NCBI GenBank assembly: GCA_046537975.1
Contig: JBKHJR010000004.1
Coordinates: 556 to 64,555, forward strand
DNA: 64,000 nucleotides
Direction: 5' to 3'
From: Desulfurivibrionaceae bacterium
GTDB lineage: Bacteria > Desulfobacterota > Desulfobulbia > Desulfobulbales > SURF-16
Below, one piece after another: positions 53,914 to 63,633 of the stretch (the first letter of the stretch is position 1; each line of letters opens with the position of its first letter). Under the pieces are notes generated by a model that saw only the letters and a program-made list of their open reading frames with translations, did not search any database and was not told the DNA's origin. The position numbers were made by a program, and so were the translations under genes.

Positions 53914-54309
53914 TTAATAAGAGTATTCCTTTACAGCTATATTATTGTCCATAAGAAGGGCTGCGGTAACTCCGGGAATCTGGACGCTGCATGAAGGGCT
54001 TCTGCTTTTCAGCAGTACGGCCCGGACATTCTGTTTTTTGGCGATATAAAGGATCTGCCGGGCTCCAAGGATAAATTCAGAGGTCAGATCGTGTCCGTCC
54101 CGATCAATTACCCTGGCCTCCCCTTTTAAGACATCAAAACCGTTCCCTCCAACTATATCCGCGGCTTGACGAGGGGTGGCAAGACCACCGAGCTGTTCAG
54201 GGCATACCGGTATCCAAAGAGATCCCCGGATAAACTCCAGACAGGTCTGGGAGATCCTGCTGTCACCGTCATACCTGGTCCGCAGGCCAAGCAGGCAGGC
54301 GCTGATCAT
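53914..54309 (-). CDS. DUF523 domain protein (YbbK/2-thiouracil desulfurase family)
   Basis: MISACLLGLRTRYDGDS... with CPEQLGGLATPR is typical of DUF523. Confidence 0.75.
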   Translation of the reverse strand: MISACLLGLRTRYDGDSRISQTCLEFIRGSLWIPVCPEQLGGLATPRQAADIVGGNGFDVLKGEARVIDRDGHDLTSEFILGARQILYIAKKQNVRAVLLKSRSPSCSVQIPGVTAALLMDNNIAVKEYSY

Positions 54310-54441
54310 ATATAAAGATTTTTCTGATTTTTCTGAAAAAATATTCTTCCCCTTTTAAACTTATTAAGTTAACATTAAAATATAAGAAAGTTCAGTAACA
54401 TGGTCGAAACAAGCAAATAAAAAAACGCCCCTTCCCCTGAA

Positions 54442-54801
54442 ATGGTCAAAAGAGGAAACAAAAATCTCTCATATACCGCGGCACTTGACTGGATAGGTGT
54501 GGATCATCCTTTCAGGAAGCTGAATAAGGGTGAGAAGAAAATTCTCGTCAAGGCGGCTCTTTTACTTTCCACCCTGTCTCTGAGCTGGATTACTTTTGGA
54601 GAAAATGGCATGCTGCGTTATTTTGAAGTCAAAAATGAACTCTCTGCAACCATCAACAAAAAAGAGACACTTGCCGATCAAAACAGGGAACTGAAAGAAC
54701 AGATCACTAAAATTCAAAACGATCCGGAATATCTGGAAGAAGTTGCCCGTAAGCAATATTATATGACCAAAAAGAATGAGGTTATCTTCAGGTTTGACTG
54801 A
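54442..54801 (+). CDS. ftsB: cell division protein FtsB/DivIC family (septum formation initiator)
   Basis: A single TM helix then a coiled coil ending NRELKEQITKIQNDPEYLEEVARKQYYMTKKNEVIFRF. Confidence 0.8.
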   Translation: MVKRGNKNLSYTAALDWIGVDHPFRKLNKGEKKILVKAALLLSTLSLSWITFGENGMLRYFEVKNELSATINKKETLADQNRELKEQITKIQNDPEYLEEVARKQYYMTKKNEVIFRFD

Positions 54802-54810
54802 AACCTTTGA

Positions 54811-55404
54811 TTACGAGGCCTTCTTCTTTCTGTTTATATCCTCCAGGATCCAGTCTACTGCAGATATAAGATCTTCCGCCACCCGGGCAGGCTGAATACT
54901 CCGTGTCTCCCCGATATACTCAAGCTCTCCCCGCCCGTATCCGGTCAGGACAAGAATCCCGACAGCCCCGCAATTTGCCGCTGATTCCAGATCGGACCAG
55001 CGGTCTCCAACCACGTAAGATCTGGAAAGATCCAGACTCATATCCTCAGCAGCCTGGATGAACAGCCCTTTCCCGGGCTTACGGCAGCTGCAGTTCTTAC
55101 GGAATTTTTCTTCCTTGGCTTCAGGATGATGGGGGCAGATATAAATGGAGTCAACATGAGCTCCCCGGTCGGCCAATTCCTTTCTCATGGAGTCATGAAC
55201 CGCATCCAAGAGTTTTTCCGGAAAATACCCCCGGGCCAGCCCGGACTGATTGGTAACTACCACTACCGGAATGTCTGCCTCGTTAAGTTTCTTTATAGCT
55301 TCCGCTACACCGGGCAGAAGATGAAAGCGGCTCTCATGGTTGATATAGCCCATCTGCTCATTAATAGTACCATCCCTGTCCAGAAATACTGCCGGTTTTT
55401 TCAT
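54811..55404 (-). CDS. gmhB: D-glycero-beta-D-manno-heptose-1,7-bisphosphate 7-phosphatase
   Basis: VFLDRDGTIN (HAD motif I), the Zn-binding CPHHP...CSCRKP and GDRWSD. Confidence 0.88.
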   Translation of the reverse strand: MKKPAVFLDRDGTINEQMGYINHESRFHLLPGVAEAIKKLNEADIPVVVVTNQSGLARGYFPEKLLDAVHDSMRKELADRGAHVDSIYICPHHPEAKEEKFRKNCSCRKPGKGLFIQAAEDMSLDLSRSYVVGDRWSDLESAANCGAVGILVLTGYGRGELEYIGETRSIQPARVAEDLISAVDWILEDINRKKKAS

Positions 55405-56456
55405 CAGGACTCCTTGACTTTTTTCAATACTTCTTCGGCAACCTCATCCACACTTATATCAAGCATACAGCGGAATCCGGAATCGCAGCTCTTCTTGAGA
55501 CAGGGTTGACAGGACATCTGCTTCTGCATCACTGAAGCATTCGCGGCAAAAGGGCCGGTCGCCACAGCATCGGTGGAACCGAAAATCGCCACCAGGGGGG
55601 TTTCGGCTGCAGCTGCTACATGCATGAGACCCGAATCATTGGTCACAAAGGCATCGCAGATGGAAATAAGAGCCATGGCCTGACCCAGGGTGGTTTCCCC
55701 GGCAAGATTATGAATATATCCCCTGCCCTGTTCGGCAATCTGCCGTCCTGTCTCTTTATCAATAGCAGCTCCGAAAACAAGAAATTCCGCACCTGTTTTT
55801 TCATGGAGCAAACCGGCCAGATCACTGTAGCGCTTTGCCGGCCAGCATTTTGCCGGGCCATAAGCAGCGCCGGGGTTAAGGCCTATAACCGGCGAAGATT
55901 TTAAACAGGATTTGTACTTTTGGGCCCAAACCCTATCACTTTCGGACAGTTGCAGGAAAAGTTTTTCGCTTCCCACTGTCAATCCCAACCGGGCCAGTAA
56001 ATCCTGATAATAATAGACCTGGTGTTTATTCTGACCATGGTTGTTTGGATCAACACCATAATTTAAAAGCGGCCCCCGGCAGTCCCTTTTATAACCGGCC
56101 CGTACCGGGATCCCCGCATTCCAGGTAAGAAAGGCGGCCTCAAAGGCATTCTGGAGGAGAATTGCCGCTTCAAAATTCTGCCGCCGCAAGTCATTGCTTA
56201 AACGAGTCAGCCCCCTGAGTCCTCTATGCCTTCCCTTTTTATCATAGACAATAACCCGGTCGACATGAGGGCTGACTGCGAAAATGTCAGCTACCCAGGG
56301 AAGGGCCAGCAGACTGATTTCAGCCTTGGGGAAATTTTCCCTGATGGTTCTGACCGCCGGCGTGGTCATGATCCCATCTCCAATCCAATTGGCGGAGCGG
56401 ATCAGAATTTTTTTCAGATCCAAATCCTGTAAGTTCTTTTCCTTGAAGCGTTTCAT
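55404..56456 (-). CDS. waaF: ADP-heptose:LPS heptosyltransferase II
   Basis: ILIRSANWIGDGIMTTPA N-terminus and the GT9 C-terminal region (FVTNDSGLMHVAAA). Confidence 0.85.
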   Translation of the reverse strand: MKRFKEKNLQDLDLKKILIRSANWIGDGIMTTPAVRTIRENFPKAEISLLALPWVADIFAVSPHVDRVIVYDKKGRHRGLRGLTRLSNDLRRQNFEAAILLQNAFEAAFLTWNAGIPVRAGYKRDCRGPLLNYGVDPNNHGQNKHQVYYYQDLLARLGLTVGSEKLFLQLSESDRVWAQKYKSCLKSSPVIGLNPGAAYGPAKCWPAKRYSDLAGLLHEKTGAEFLVFGAAIDKETGRQIAEQGRGYIHNLAGETTLGQAMALISICDAFVTNDSGLMHVAAAAETPLVAIFGSTDAVATGPFAANASVMQKQMSCQPCLKKSCDSGFRCMLDISVDEVAEEVLKKVKES

Positions 56457-56564
56457 TCTATCCGTATTGTCATTGCAGGCTTATCACACTTACAGCCCGC
56501 TGCTGCTGCTGAGCTAATTATATTCATCTACAAGAAGCTTTTTATACAACATTGTATGTATAAC

Positions 56565-56592
56565 TTAAATATTGCAATATACTATATATAAT
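56565..56592 (+). promoter_or_regulatory. candidate sigma-70 promoter for rpsB-tsf (TTAAAT-16-TATAAT)
   Basis: Perfect -10 TATAAT at 56587-56592 and a weak -35 TTAAAT at 56565-56570, leaving a roughly 125-nt leader. Confidence 0.4.
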
Positions 56593-56724
56593 GGTAGAAG
56601 TACAGGGTTTAAACAATGAAACACATCCCTGTGACAGCCCTTTGGTGCCCTTTGCCTGCGAACCTGCAGCTGGGTTGGGCGTAAGGGATGGAAGCTTAAC
56701 CAAAATCATCTCAGGAGCAAATTT

Positions 56725-57507
56725 ATGGTCGAAATCGCAATGAAAGAAATGCTGGTGGCCGGTCTTCACTTCGGTCATCAAACCCGCCGCTGGAATCCCA
56801 AGATGAAACCTTATATCTTTGGAGCCCGGAACAAAGTACATATTATCAATCTTGACAAAACCCTACCCTTGTTCAAAAAATCCTGCAATTTTATTGCGGA
56901 CAAGGTGGCTGGCGGTGGTCGAATACTTTATGTCGGTACCAAACGACAGTCCCGTGATATCATCCGGGAAGAAGCTGAAAGGGCCGGCGCTTTTTATGTT
57001 AATTACCGCTGGCTTGGCGGGATGCTGACCAATTTCCAGACCATCAAACATTCTATCGACAGGATGAAACAAATCCAGAAGATGATGGAAGACGGCAGCA
57101 TCAACAAGTACAAGAAAAAAGAGTCCATGCAGATGGAAAAAGAGCTGGGCAAGCTGGAACTTAACCTCGGCGGCATTCAGGAAATGAAGGGCCTGCCGGA
57201 AGTAGTTTTCATAGTTGACCCCAAACGGGAGCATATAGCAGTAGATGAAGCAAACAAACTGGGGATACCTGTGGTAGCCATTACCGACACTAACTGTGAC
57301 CCGGACAAACTTGAGCATATAATCCCGGGCAATGATGATTCGTTCCGCTCCATTAAATATGTTACTGAAAAGATAAGCGACGCTGTCCTGGAAGGCAAGT
57401 CCAGAGCAGGCGAAATGGTGGAGCCCGAAGAAGAGGCAATGGCATCTGCCATGGCTGCTTCTTCTAACCAGCAGGAAAATGTCGATACTGAGACGGCACA
57501 GCCGTAG
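56725..57507 (+). CDS. rpsB: 30S ribosomal protein S2
   Basis: [28 protein letters not shown]... is the canonical S2 N-terminus. Confidence 0.95.
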   Translation: MVEIAMKEMLVAGLHFGHQTRRWNPKMKPYIFGARNKVHIINLDKTLPLFKKSCNFIADKVAGGGRILYVGTKRQSRDIIREEAERAGAFYVNYRWLGGMLTNFQTIKHSIDRMKQIQKMMEDGSINKYKKKESMQMEKELGKLELNLGGIQEMKGLPEVVFIVDPKREHIAVDEANKLGIPVVAITDTNCDPDKLEHIIPGNDDSFRSIKYVTEKISDAVLEGKSRAGEMVEPEEEAMASAMAASSNQQENVDTETAQP

Positions 57508-57750
57508 GCATAATCCCCCTGTCCTTGTAAATGCAGGCCTGATACCACAGTCAGGCTAAGTGGAGTTGGTGGAACAGGCCGGACAGCATAAACCGTTCAA
57601 TTAAAATAGCCGTCCGTCCAGAAACAGGCAATTTTACTGTCAAAGAGTGTGTTATATCTTGATTTATTTTGATATGACGTAGATCTATCGGGCAAAAGAG
57701 CATTTATGGACGGACACTATAAAACAAAAATAGGAGTAAAGGTAAGATAA

Positions 57751-58347
57751 ATGGAAATAACAAGCAAGATGGTCAAGGAACTTCGCGATAAAACAAACGC
57801 GGGAATGATGGATTGCAAGAAAGCCCTCACTGAAACAGAGGGGGACATGGAAAAAGCCGTGGATCAATTGCGGCAGAAAGGTCTCGCTGTTGCCGCCAAA
57901 AGAGCGGACAGGGAAACCAGTGAGGGTACGATCCAGACCTATATTCATTCCGACGGCAAATTAGGGGTTATGGTTGAAGTTGGCTGCGAAACTGATTTCG
58001 TTGCCAAGAACGATTCTTTTATTGAATTTGCCAAAAATGTTGCCATGCACATCGCCGCTGCCAATCCGGCCTCCATTACCAGAGAAGGAATCCCGGAGGA
58101 CTTGGTAGCCAGGGAAAAGGAAATATTTACCAAACAGGCCATCGAATCCGGAAAACCGGAACATATAGCCGAAAAGATTGTTTCAGGCAAACTGGACAAA
58201 TACTATTCCGAGATAACCCTTATGGAACAAAGCTATGTGAAGAATCCGGATATTTCTGTTGAAGACCTGGTAAACGAACTGGTAGCCAGTCTGGGGGAAA
58301 AAATAACCGTGAAAAGATTTGCCCGGTTTAAAGTTGGTGAAGTTTAA
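57751..58347 (+). CDS. tsf: translation elongation factor Ts (short form)
   Basis: [38 protein letters not shown] (UBA-like N-terminal domain). Confidence 0.95.
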   Translation: MEITSKMVKELRDKTNAGMMDCKKALTETEGDMEKAVDQLRQKGLAVAAKRADRETSEGTIQTYIHSDGKLGVMVEVGCETDFVAKNDSFIEFAKNVAMHIAAANPASITREGIPEDLVAREKEIFTKQAIESGKPEHIAEKIVSGKLDKYYSEITLMEQSYVKNPDISVEDLVNELVASLGEKITVKRFARFKVGEV

Positions 58348-58361
58348 GGAAAAATAATACT

Positions 58362-59084
58362 ATGATCGGGAGCAAATATAAAAGGATCCTGCTTAAATTG
58401 AGCGGTGAAGCCTTGATGGGGGAAGCAGGTTACGGTATCAACCAGGATATCCTTGAGTACCTGACCGCCGAACTTGCATCAGTCAAGGAGCTTAACCTTG
58501 AAATAGGCATTGTTGTGGGTGCAGGTAACATCTTCAGGGGGCTTGCCGGAGCCTCTTCCGGTATGGACAGAGCAGAGGCTGACAATATGGGGATGCTGGC
58601 CACTATTATCAACTCCATCGCTCTCAAGGATACCCTTAACCGCCATGATATCCCGGCCGTAGTTCTATCAGCGATTACCATGGAAACAGTATGTGAATCT
58701 TTTTCCAGAAGGTCCGCCCTTGAACATTTAGCTGAAGGTAATATAGTGATATTTGGGGGCGGCACCGGGAATCCCTATTTTACTACAGATACAGCAGCCC
58801 TTCTGCGGGGACTGGAAATAAACGCCGATCTGATTTGCAAAGCGACCAGGGTCGACGGAGTTTATGATAAAGATCCTCTGAAAAATCCCGATGCCTATAA
58901 ATACGAGGTCCTGAGTTACAGTGAGGCCTTGGAAAAACAACTGAAGGTCATGGACGCTGCCGCTGTTTCCCTGGCTATGGACAATAACAAACCGATTCAG
59001 GTCTTCAACATGAATACTTCCGGCAACTTGAGGAGAGTGGCCTGCGGCGAAAAAGTAGGCAGTTTGATCAGGGCTGATAACTGA
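58362..59084 (+). CDS. pyrH: UMP kinase
   Basis: YKRILLKLSGEAL, VVGAGNIFRG and FGGGTGNPYFTTDTAA. Confidence 0.95.
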   Translation: MIGSKYKRILLKLSGEALMGEAGYGINQDILEYLTAELASVKELNLEIGIVVGAGNIFRGLAGASSGMDRAEADNMGMLATIINSIALKDTLNRHDIPAVVLSAITMETVCESFSRRSALEHLAEGNIVIFGGGTGNPYFTTDTAALLRGLEINADLICKATRVDGVYDKDPLKNPDAYKYEVLSYSEALEKQLKVMDAAAVSLAMDNNKPIQVFNMNTSGNLRRVACGEKVGSLIRADN

Positions 59085-59143
59085 CCAGGCACGGGAATAG
59101 TACTTGTTAATTTTGATGAAGTTAATTTCAATGGAGGATATTG

Positions 59144-59698
59144 ATGAGTGAAATTTTAACCCAGATGTCTGAAAAGATGAAAAAAAGCCTGGAGACCTAC
59201 CGCAAGGAAATTTCCAAATTTCGAACCGGCCGGGCCTCAATCTCCCTCCTGGATGATATCTATGTAGAAACCTACGGAACCAGCATGCCCCTGAATCAGG
59301 TTGCCACCCTAACCATTCCTGAGAGCAGACAGATAGTGATCCAACCCTGGGATCCACAGACAGTTTCTGCCATAGAAAAGGCTATAATGGCCTCAAATAT
59401 TGGCCTGACTCCGGTCAATGACGGAAAAGTTATAAGAATAACCATACCGGAACTTACCGAAGAAACCCGTAAGCAACTGGCTAAACAGTTGAAGCAAACC
59501 GCTGAAGACTACAAAGTTGCTATACGAAACCTCAGGCGGGAAGCATTAGACATCCTGAAAAAACAGAAGAAAAAGAGCGAAATCTCCGAAGATGATCTCT
59601 TCAAATTTCAGGATGAGGCCCAGGCAGAAACCGATAAATTCATCGCTGAAATCGACACTGTTCTCAAAGAGAAAGAAAAAGAAATCCTGGAGGTTTAA
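59144..59698 (+). CDS. frr: ribosome recycling factor
   Basis: …FRTGRASISLLDDI…IQPWD…IPELTEETRK… ATG at 59144 follows a GGAGG SD. The ORF track starts one codon earlier at a TTG. Confidence 0.95.
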   Translation: MSEILTQMSEKMKKSLETYRKEISKFRTGRASISLLDDIYVETYGTSMPLNQVATLTIPESRQIVIQPWDPQTVSAIEKAIMASNIGLTPVNDGKVIRITIPELTEETRKQLAKQLKQTAEDYKVAIRNLRREALDILKKQKKKSEISEDDLFKFQDEAQAETDKFIAEIDTVLKEKEKEILEV

Positions 59699-59723
59699 CT
59701 CAGCTTAAGTGCCACCTTTATCA

Positions 59724-60482
59724 ATGGATTACGGAAATCTGCCCGGCCATGTGGCAATTATCATGGACGGCAACGGTCGCTGGGCCCGTTCCCATGGACT
59801 GTCCCGGCTGCAGGGGCACAGCAAGGGAGTGGAAACTGTTGACAGGATTACCAGATCAGCAGTTGATTTGGGAATTAGCGTTCTTACCCTATATGCCTTT
59901 TCAAGTGAAAACTGGAAACGCCCGCAGGAAGAAGTTTCCGGCCTTATGCAGCTTCTCAAGAGTTATTTGCAAAGCGAACTCACCACCATGATGGAAAATA
60001 ACATCAGGTTAAGCGCCATTGGAGATATAAATGGAATGCCTTCCGATGTCCAGGACTCAATCAACCACTCTCTATCAAAGACCTCTGCAAACAGCGGCCT
60101 TATCCTGAACTTCGCCCTTAACTACGGAGGGCGTAATGAAATTGTAAGAGCTGCCCGCCAGGTCGCAGATCTCTGCCGGCAGCGGTATTTTCAGCCGGGG
60201 GATATAGATGAGCAATTATTTGCCGGCAAGCTTAACACCGCCGGACTTCCCGATCCCGACCTGATCATCAGAACGGGGGGAGAAAAAAGATTGAGTAATT
60301 TTCTTCTCTGGCAGGCTTCTTATTCCGAACTCTATTTCAGCGAAACAAACTGGCCGGATTTCAGCAAAGAAGATTTCATTGAAGCTCTGACCGATTATCA
60401 GAAAAGGCAGCGCCGTTTCGGCAGAACAGGCGAGCAGACTGCCGGCCAGGATAATAATAAGCGGCAGAGCAAAACAGAGTAG
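59724..60482 (+). CDS. uppS: isoprenyl transferase (undecaprenyl diphosphate synthase)
   Basis: HVAIIMDGNGRWA, YAFSSENWKRP and RTGGEKRLSNFLLWQ. ATG at 59724; the ORF track begins at a GTG at 59709. Confidence 0.93.
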   Translation: MDYGNLPGHVAIIMDGNGRWARSHGLSRLQGHSKGVETVDRITRSAVDLGISVLTLYAFSSENWKRPQEEVSGLMQLLKSYLQSELTTMMENNIRLSAIGDINGMPSDVQDSINHSLSKTSANSGLILNFALNYGGRNEIVRAARQVADLCRQRYFQPGDIDEQLFAGKLNTAGLPDPDLIIRTGGEKRLSNFLLWQASYSELYFSETNWPDFSKEDFIEALTDYQKRQRRFGRTGEQTAGQDNNKRQSKTE

Positions 60483-60487
60483 AATAC

Positions 60488-61282
60488 ATGACCCGAATTA
60501 TTACAGGCCTCATTGCCGCCGCCATATGGTGCCTTATAATCTATATAAACTCCTTCCCTCTCATATGGGCTGCATTAACTCTTTTTACTATAGCAGCCCT
60601 TTGGGAATACATAAACATTACTCTGCTAAATGAGCGCATTACCTTTAAGGCTTTAATGATCTTTTTCGGGTCACTTCCTGTTCTGTGTTCCATAAGTAAA
60701 GATCTCAATCTAATTGCCACAGGACTAATCGCCGGTTTTATCCTTACCTGTGTCTTTACTGTATTTACTTATTCAAGAAGAAATGATCCATTTGGTGCCC
60801 TCGTTCACAGTGCTTTTGCCTCAATTTATATAAGTTTCTGCACCTCTTTTCTGGTTATGCTAATGACCTTTTCAGACGGTGCCCTACTTCTCCTGCTCCT
60901 GTTAGCAACAGTCTCTGCCACTGACAGTGGTGCTTATTTTGTAGGAAAAAAATTAGGCCGCAGGAAACTTGCTCCCAATCTCAGCCCGGGTAAGACTATA
61001 GCCGGTTTGATGGGCGGTTTCCTTTCAGGAGTTTCAGCAGCGCTCATTGTCTACCTGCTGTTCCTTTGCCATCGCAGTATGCCGGGCATTATTTTTGCCG
61101 CTGTCCTGCTTGTTGGGCTCGGAACCATCGGCGATCTCACGGAATCTATTATAAAAAGGGGCTGCAAGGTCAAGGATTCAGGCTCACTTCTACCCGGTCA
61201 CGGTGGTGTTCTTGACCGCTTCGACTCATTACTGCTTTCCGGACCTCTATTTTACTACCTTATTTACTGGGGTGTGATTTAA
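60488..61282 (+). CDS. cdsA: phosphatidate cytidylyltransferase
   Basis: Multi-TM protein with the C-terminal signature SIIKRGCKVKDSGSLLPGHGGVLDRFDS. Confidence 0.92.
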   Translation: MTRIITGLIAAAIWCLIIYINSFPLIWAALTLFTIAALWEYINITLLNERITFKALMIFFGSLPVLCSISKDLNLIATGLIAGFILTCVFTVFTYSRRNDPFGALVHSAFASIYISFCTSFLVMLMTFSDGALLLLLLLATVSATDSGAYFVGKKLGRRKLAPNLSPGKTIAGLMGGFLSGVSAALIVYLLFLCHRSMPGIIFAAVLLVGLGTIGDLTESIIKRGCKVKDSGSLLPGHGGVLDRFDSLLLSGPLFYYLIYWGVI

Positions 61283-61283
61283 A

Positions 61284-62516
61284 ATGCAGAAAACTATCTC
61301 CTTGCTGGGTTCCACCGGATCCATAGGACGCAATGTTCTAAAAATCGTCCGGCAGTTTCCCGGCCGTTTCCAGATAGCCGGTCTGGCCGCAGGACAGAAC
61401 ATCAACCTGCTCAGGGATCAGATCGAGTCTTTCCAGCCTCAGGTGGTTTCAGTGGCCACCGAAGATCTGGCCGGAGAACTCAGAAAGATCGTTTCTTCAG
61501 GTTGGCAGGGGAGAATAGTATCAGGACAGGAGGGCAATATCCGGGTCGCTACTCTGGAAGGGGTGGATACTGTGGTTTCTTCAATTGTCGGGGCAGCCGG
61601 TCTCATGCCTACCATGGAGGCGATTAAGTCCGGAAAAAATGTTGCCCTGGCCAACAAAGAGACTCTGGTGATGGCCGGCGAACTGGTAATGGAAACCGCC
61701 AGGGACCACAATGTTGACCTGCTGCCTATAGACAGTGAACACAATGCTATTTTCCAAGCTCTTACCGCAGGCCGCAAGGAAGACCTTCATAAAATAATCC
61801 TGACCGCCTCAGGGGGGCCTTTTCAGGATAGAGATGAACGCCGGCTATGGGACGTGACCCCGGAAGAAGCACTGGACCACCCCAACTGGGATATGGGCCG
61901 GAAAATAACCATTGATTCCGCTACCCTGATGAACAAGGGACTGGAAATAATCGAGGCCAAATGGCTGTTTAATATCCCCCTGGAGCACATAGAAGTTCTT
62001 ATCCATCCCCAGTCCATTGTTCATTCCCTGGTAGAGTTTATAGACGGTTCAGTAATCGCCCAGATGGGTATTCCGGACATGCGCATCCCCATATCCTATG
62101 CCCTGGCCTGGCCGGAAAGAATAAGGACCGGCCTTTCCCGTCTGAATCTTGCCAGATGTATTGATCTCAACTTTCTGCCCCCGGACTACAAAAGATTCCC
62201 CGCCCTGAAATTGGCTTATCATGCCTGCAAACAGGGAGGGACCTTCCCAGCTATATTAAACGGAGCCAATGAAGTGGCGGTGGAGGCCTTTCTCAATCAG
62301 AGAATACGTTTTCCGGAAATAGCTTATGTGGTGGCGGAAACCCTTAACCGTTCTACCCGTAAAGAGGCAAAAGACATTGACGCTGTTTTAAATGCAGACA
62401 TCTCAGCCCGTCTACAGGCGGAATCCATTGTGGAATCCCTGTACATCCGCTACCAGCAGCGAACCGGCAAAGTTCCCCCCGCTCCTGACCTGCCTGAACA
62501 GCCGTCTTTTAAATAA
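61284..62516 (+). CDS. dxr: 1-deoxy-D-xylulose 5-phosphate reductoisomerase
   Basis: LLGSTGSIGRN, LANKETLV, PIDSEHNAIFQ and NKGLEIIEA. Confidence 0.95.
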   Translation: MQKTISLLGSTGSIGRNVLKIVRQFPGRFQIAGLAAGQNINLLRDQIESFQPQVVSVATEDLAGELRKIVSSGWQGRIVSGQEGNIRVATLEGVDTVVSSIVGAAGLMPTMEAIKSGKNVALANKETLVMAGELVMETARDHNVDLLPIDSEHNAIFQALTAGRKEDLHKIILTASGGPFQDRDERRLWDVTPEEALDHPNWDMGRKITIDSATLMNKGLEIIEAKWLFNIPLEHIEVLIHPQSIVHSLVEFIDGSVIAQMGIPDMRIPISYALAWPERIRTGLSRLNLARCIDLNFLPPDYKRFPALKLAYHACKQGGTFPAILNGANEVAVEAFLNQRIRFPEIAYVVAETLNRSTRKEAKDIDAVLNADISARLQAESIVESLYIRYQQRTGKVPPAPDLPEQPSFK

Positions 62517-62560
62517 ACCGACAGCCATGATCCATTAGCCATCAATATTAACTACGAACT

Positions 62561-63631
62561 ATGACTACTATAATTTCTTTTATAATCGTGCTCGGCCTCC
62601 TGATATTTGTTCACGAACTCGGACACTTTCTGGTCGCCAAATTCTTCCGGGTAAAAGTACTTAAGTTCTCTCTGGGATTCGGTCCCAAAATATGGGGCCG
62701 CCAATACGGGGAAACCGAATACCTGATAAGTGCCCTGCCCCTGGGAGGATACGTAAAAATGTTCGGAGAAAATCCCCAGGAGACTGTAGATTCTGAAGAC
62801 ATGTCCCGATCCTTTTCCCATCAACCGGTCTGGCAGCGTTTTTTAATCGTTCTGGCCGGTCCGGTCTTCAATCTGATTTTTCCGGTTCTGATCTTTTTTC
62901 TCACCCTTGTTTCAGCCGGCATCCCCACCCCGGTTGACACCACCATCATCGGCCAGGTATCTCCTGATTCCCCAGCCCGGGAAGCAGGACTACAAACCGG
63001 GGACAGGATACTTGCCATCAACAATCAAGAGATTGCGACCTGGGAAGATATTTCAGAAGCCATCTCAAACAGTGGAGGTCAGGAAATCCTGCTTACCGTT
63101 TCCAGGGAGGGAGAAAGACTGACTATCAAAGCCGCCCCTGAAATGAGAGATGTAAAAAACATATTCGGTGAAGAAGTGAAAGAGCGTTATATGCTCGGTA
63201 TAACCAGAAAAACCGAAATAACCTACAAAGACTCCTCAATGCTTGAAGCATTGAGCAGTGCGGTATCCCAGACCGTCAGCTATATTTATCTCACCATCCT
63301 TGGCATAATAAAGATATTCCAGCAGATAGTGCCTACCAAGGAACTGGGAGGTCCTATTCTTATCGCCCAGTTGGCCGGCCAGCAGATGAAGGCAGGTATA
63401 GTGGATTTTTCCTATTTTGTCGGTTTGATAAGCATCAATCTTGGAATTATCAACCTCTTTCCCATTCCTGTCCTGGACGGCGGTCATCTTGCCATCTTTT
63501 CATTAGAAGCGGTAAGAAGAAAACCTCTGGAAGAAAGGACTCTACTGATCATTCAACAAATCGGACTTATCCTGCTGGGCTGTCTCATGGTCCTGGTTTT
63601 TTATAATGATATTGTCAGAATTATTGAATAG
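62561..63631 (+). CDS. rseP: RIP metalloprotease RseP (site-2 protease, M50)
   Basis: HELGHFLVAKF (HExxH), a PDZ domain and NLFPIPVLDGGH. Confidence 0.93.
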   Translation: MTTIISFIIVLGLLIFVHELGHFLVAKFFRVKVLKFSLGFGPKIWGRQYGETEYLISALPLGGYVKMFGENPQETVDSEDMSRSFSHQPVWQRFLIVLAGPVFNLIFPVLIFFLTLVSAGIPTPVDTTIIGQVSPDSPAREAGLQTGDRILAINNQEIATWEDISEAISNSGGQEILLTVSREGERLTIKAAPEMRDVKNIFGEEVKERYMLGITRKTEITYKDSSMLEALSSAVSQTVSYIYLTILGIIKIFQQIVPTKELGGPILIAQLAGQQMKAGIVDFSYFVGLISINLGIINLFPIPVLDGGHLAIFSLEAVRRKPLEERTLLIIQQIGLILLGCLMVLVFYNDIVRIIE

Positions 63632-63633
63632 AT

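Noticed and set aside
56499-56511. Short simple repeats: (GCT)4 at 56499-56511 upstream of waaF, and a 9-mer tandem GATTTTTCT x2 at 54317-54334 upstream of the DUF523 gene.
   Set aside because: There are only 2-4 units, they sit in AT-rich promoter regions, and there is no supporting context. They are most likely chance simple sequence.
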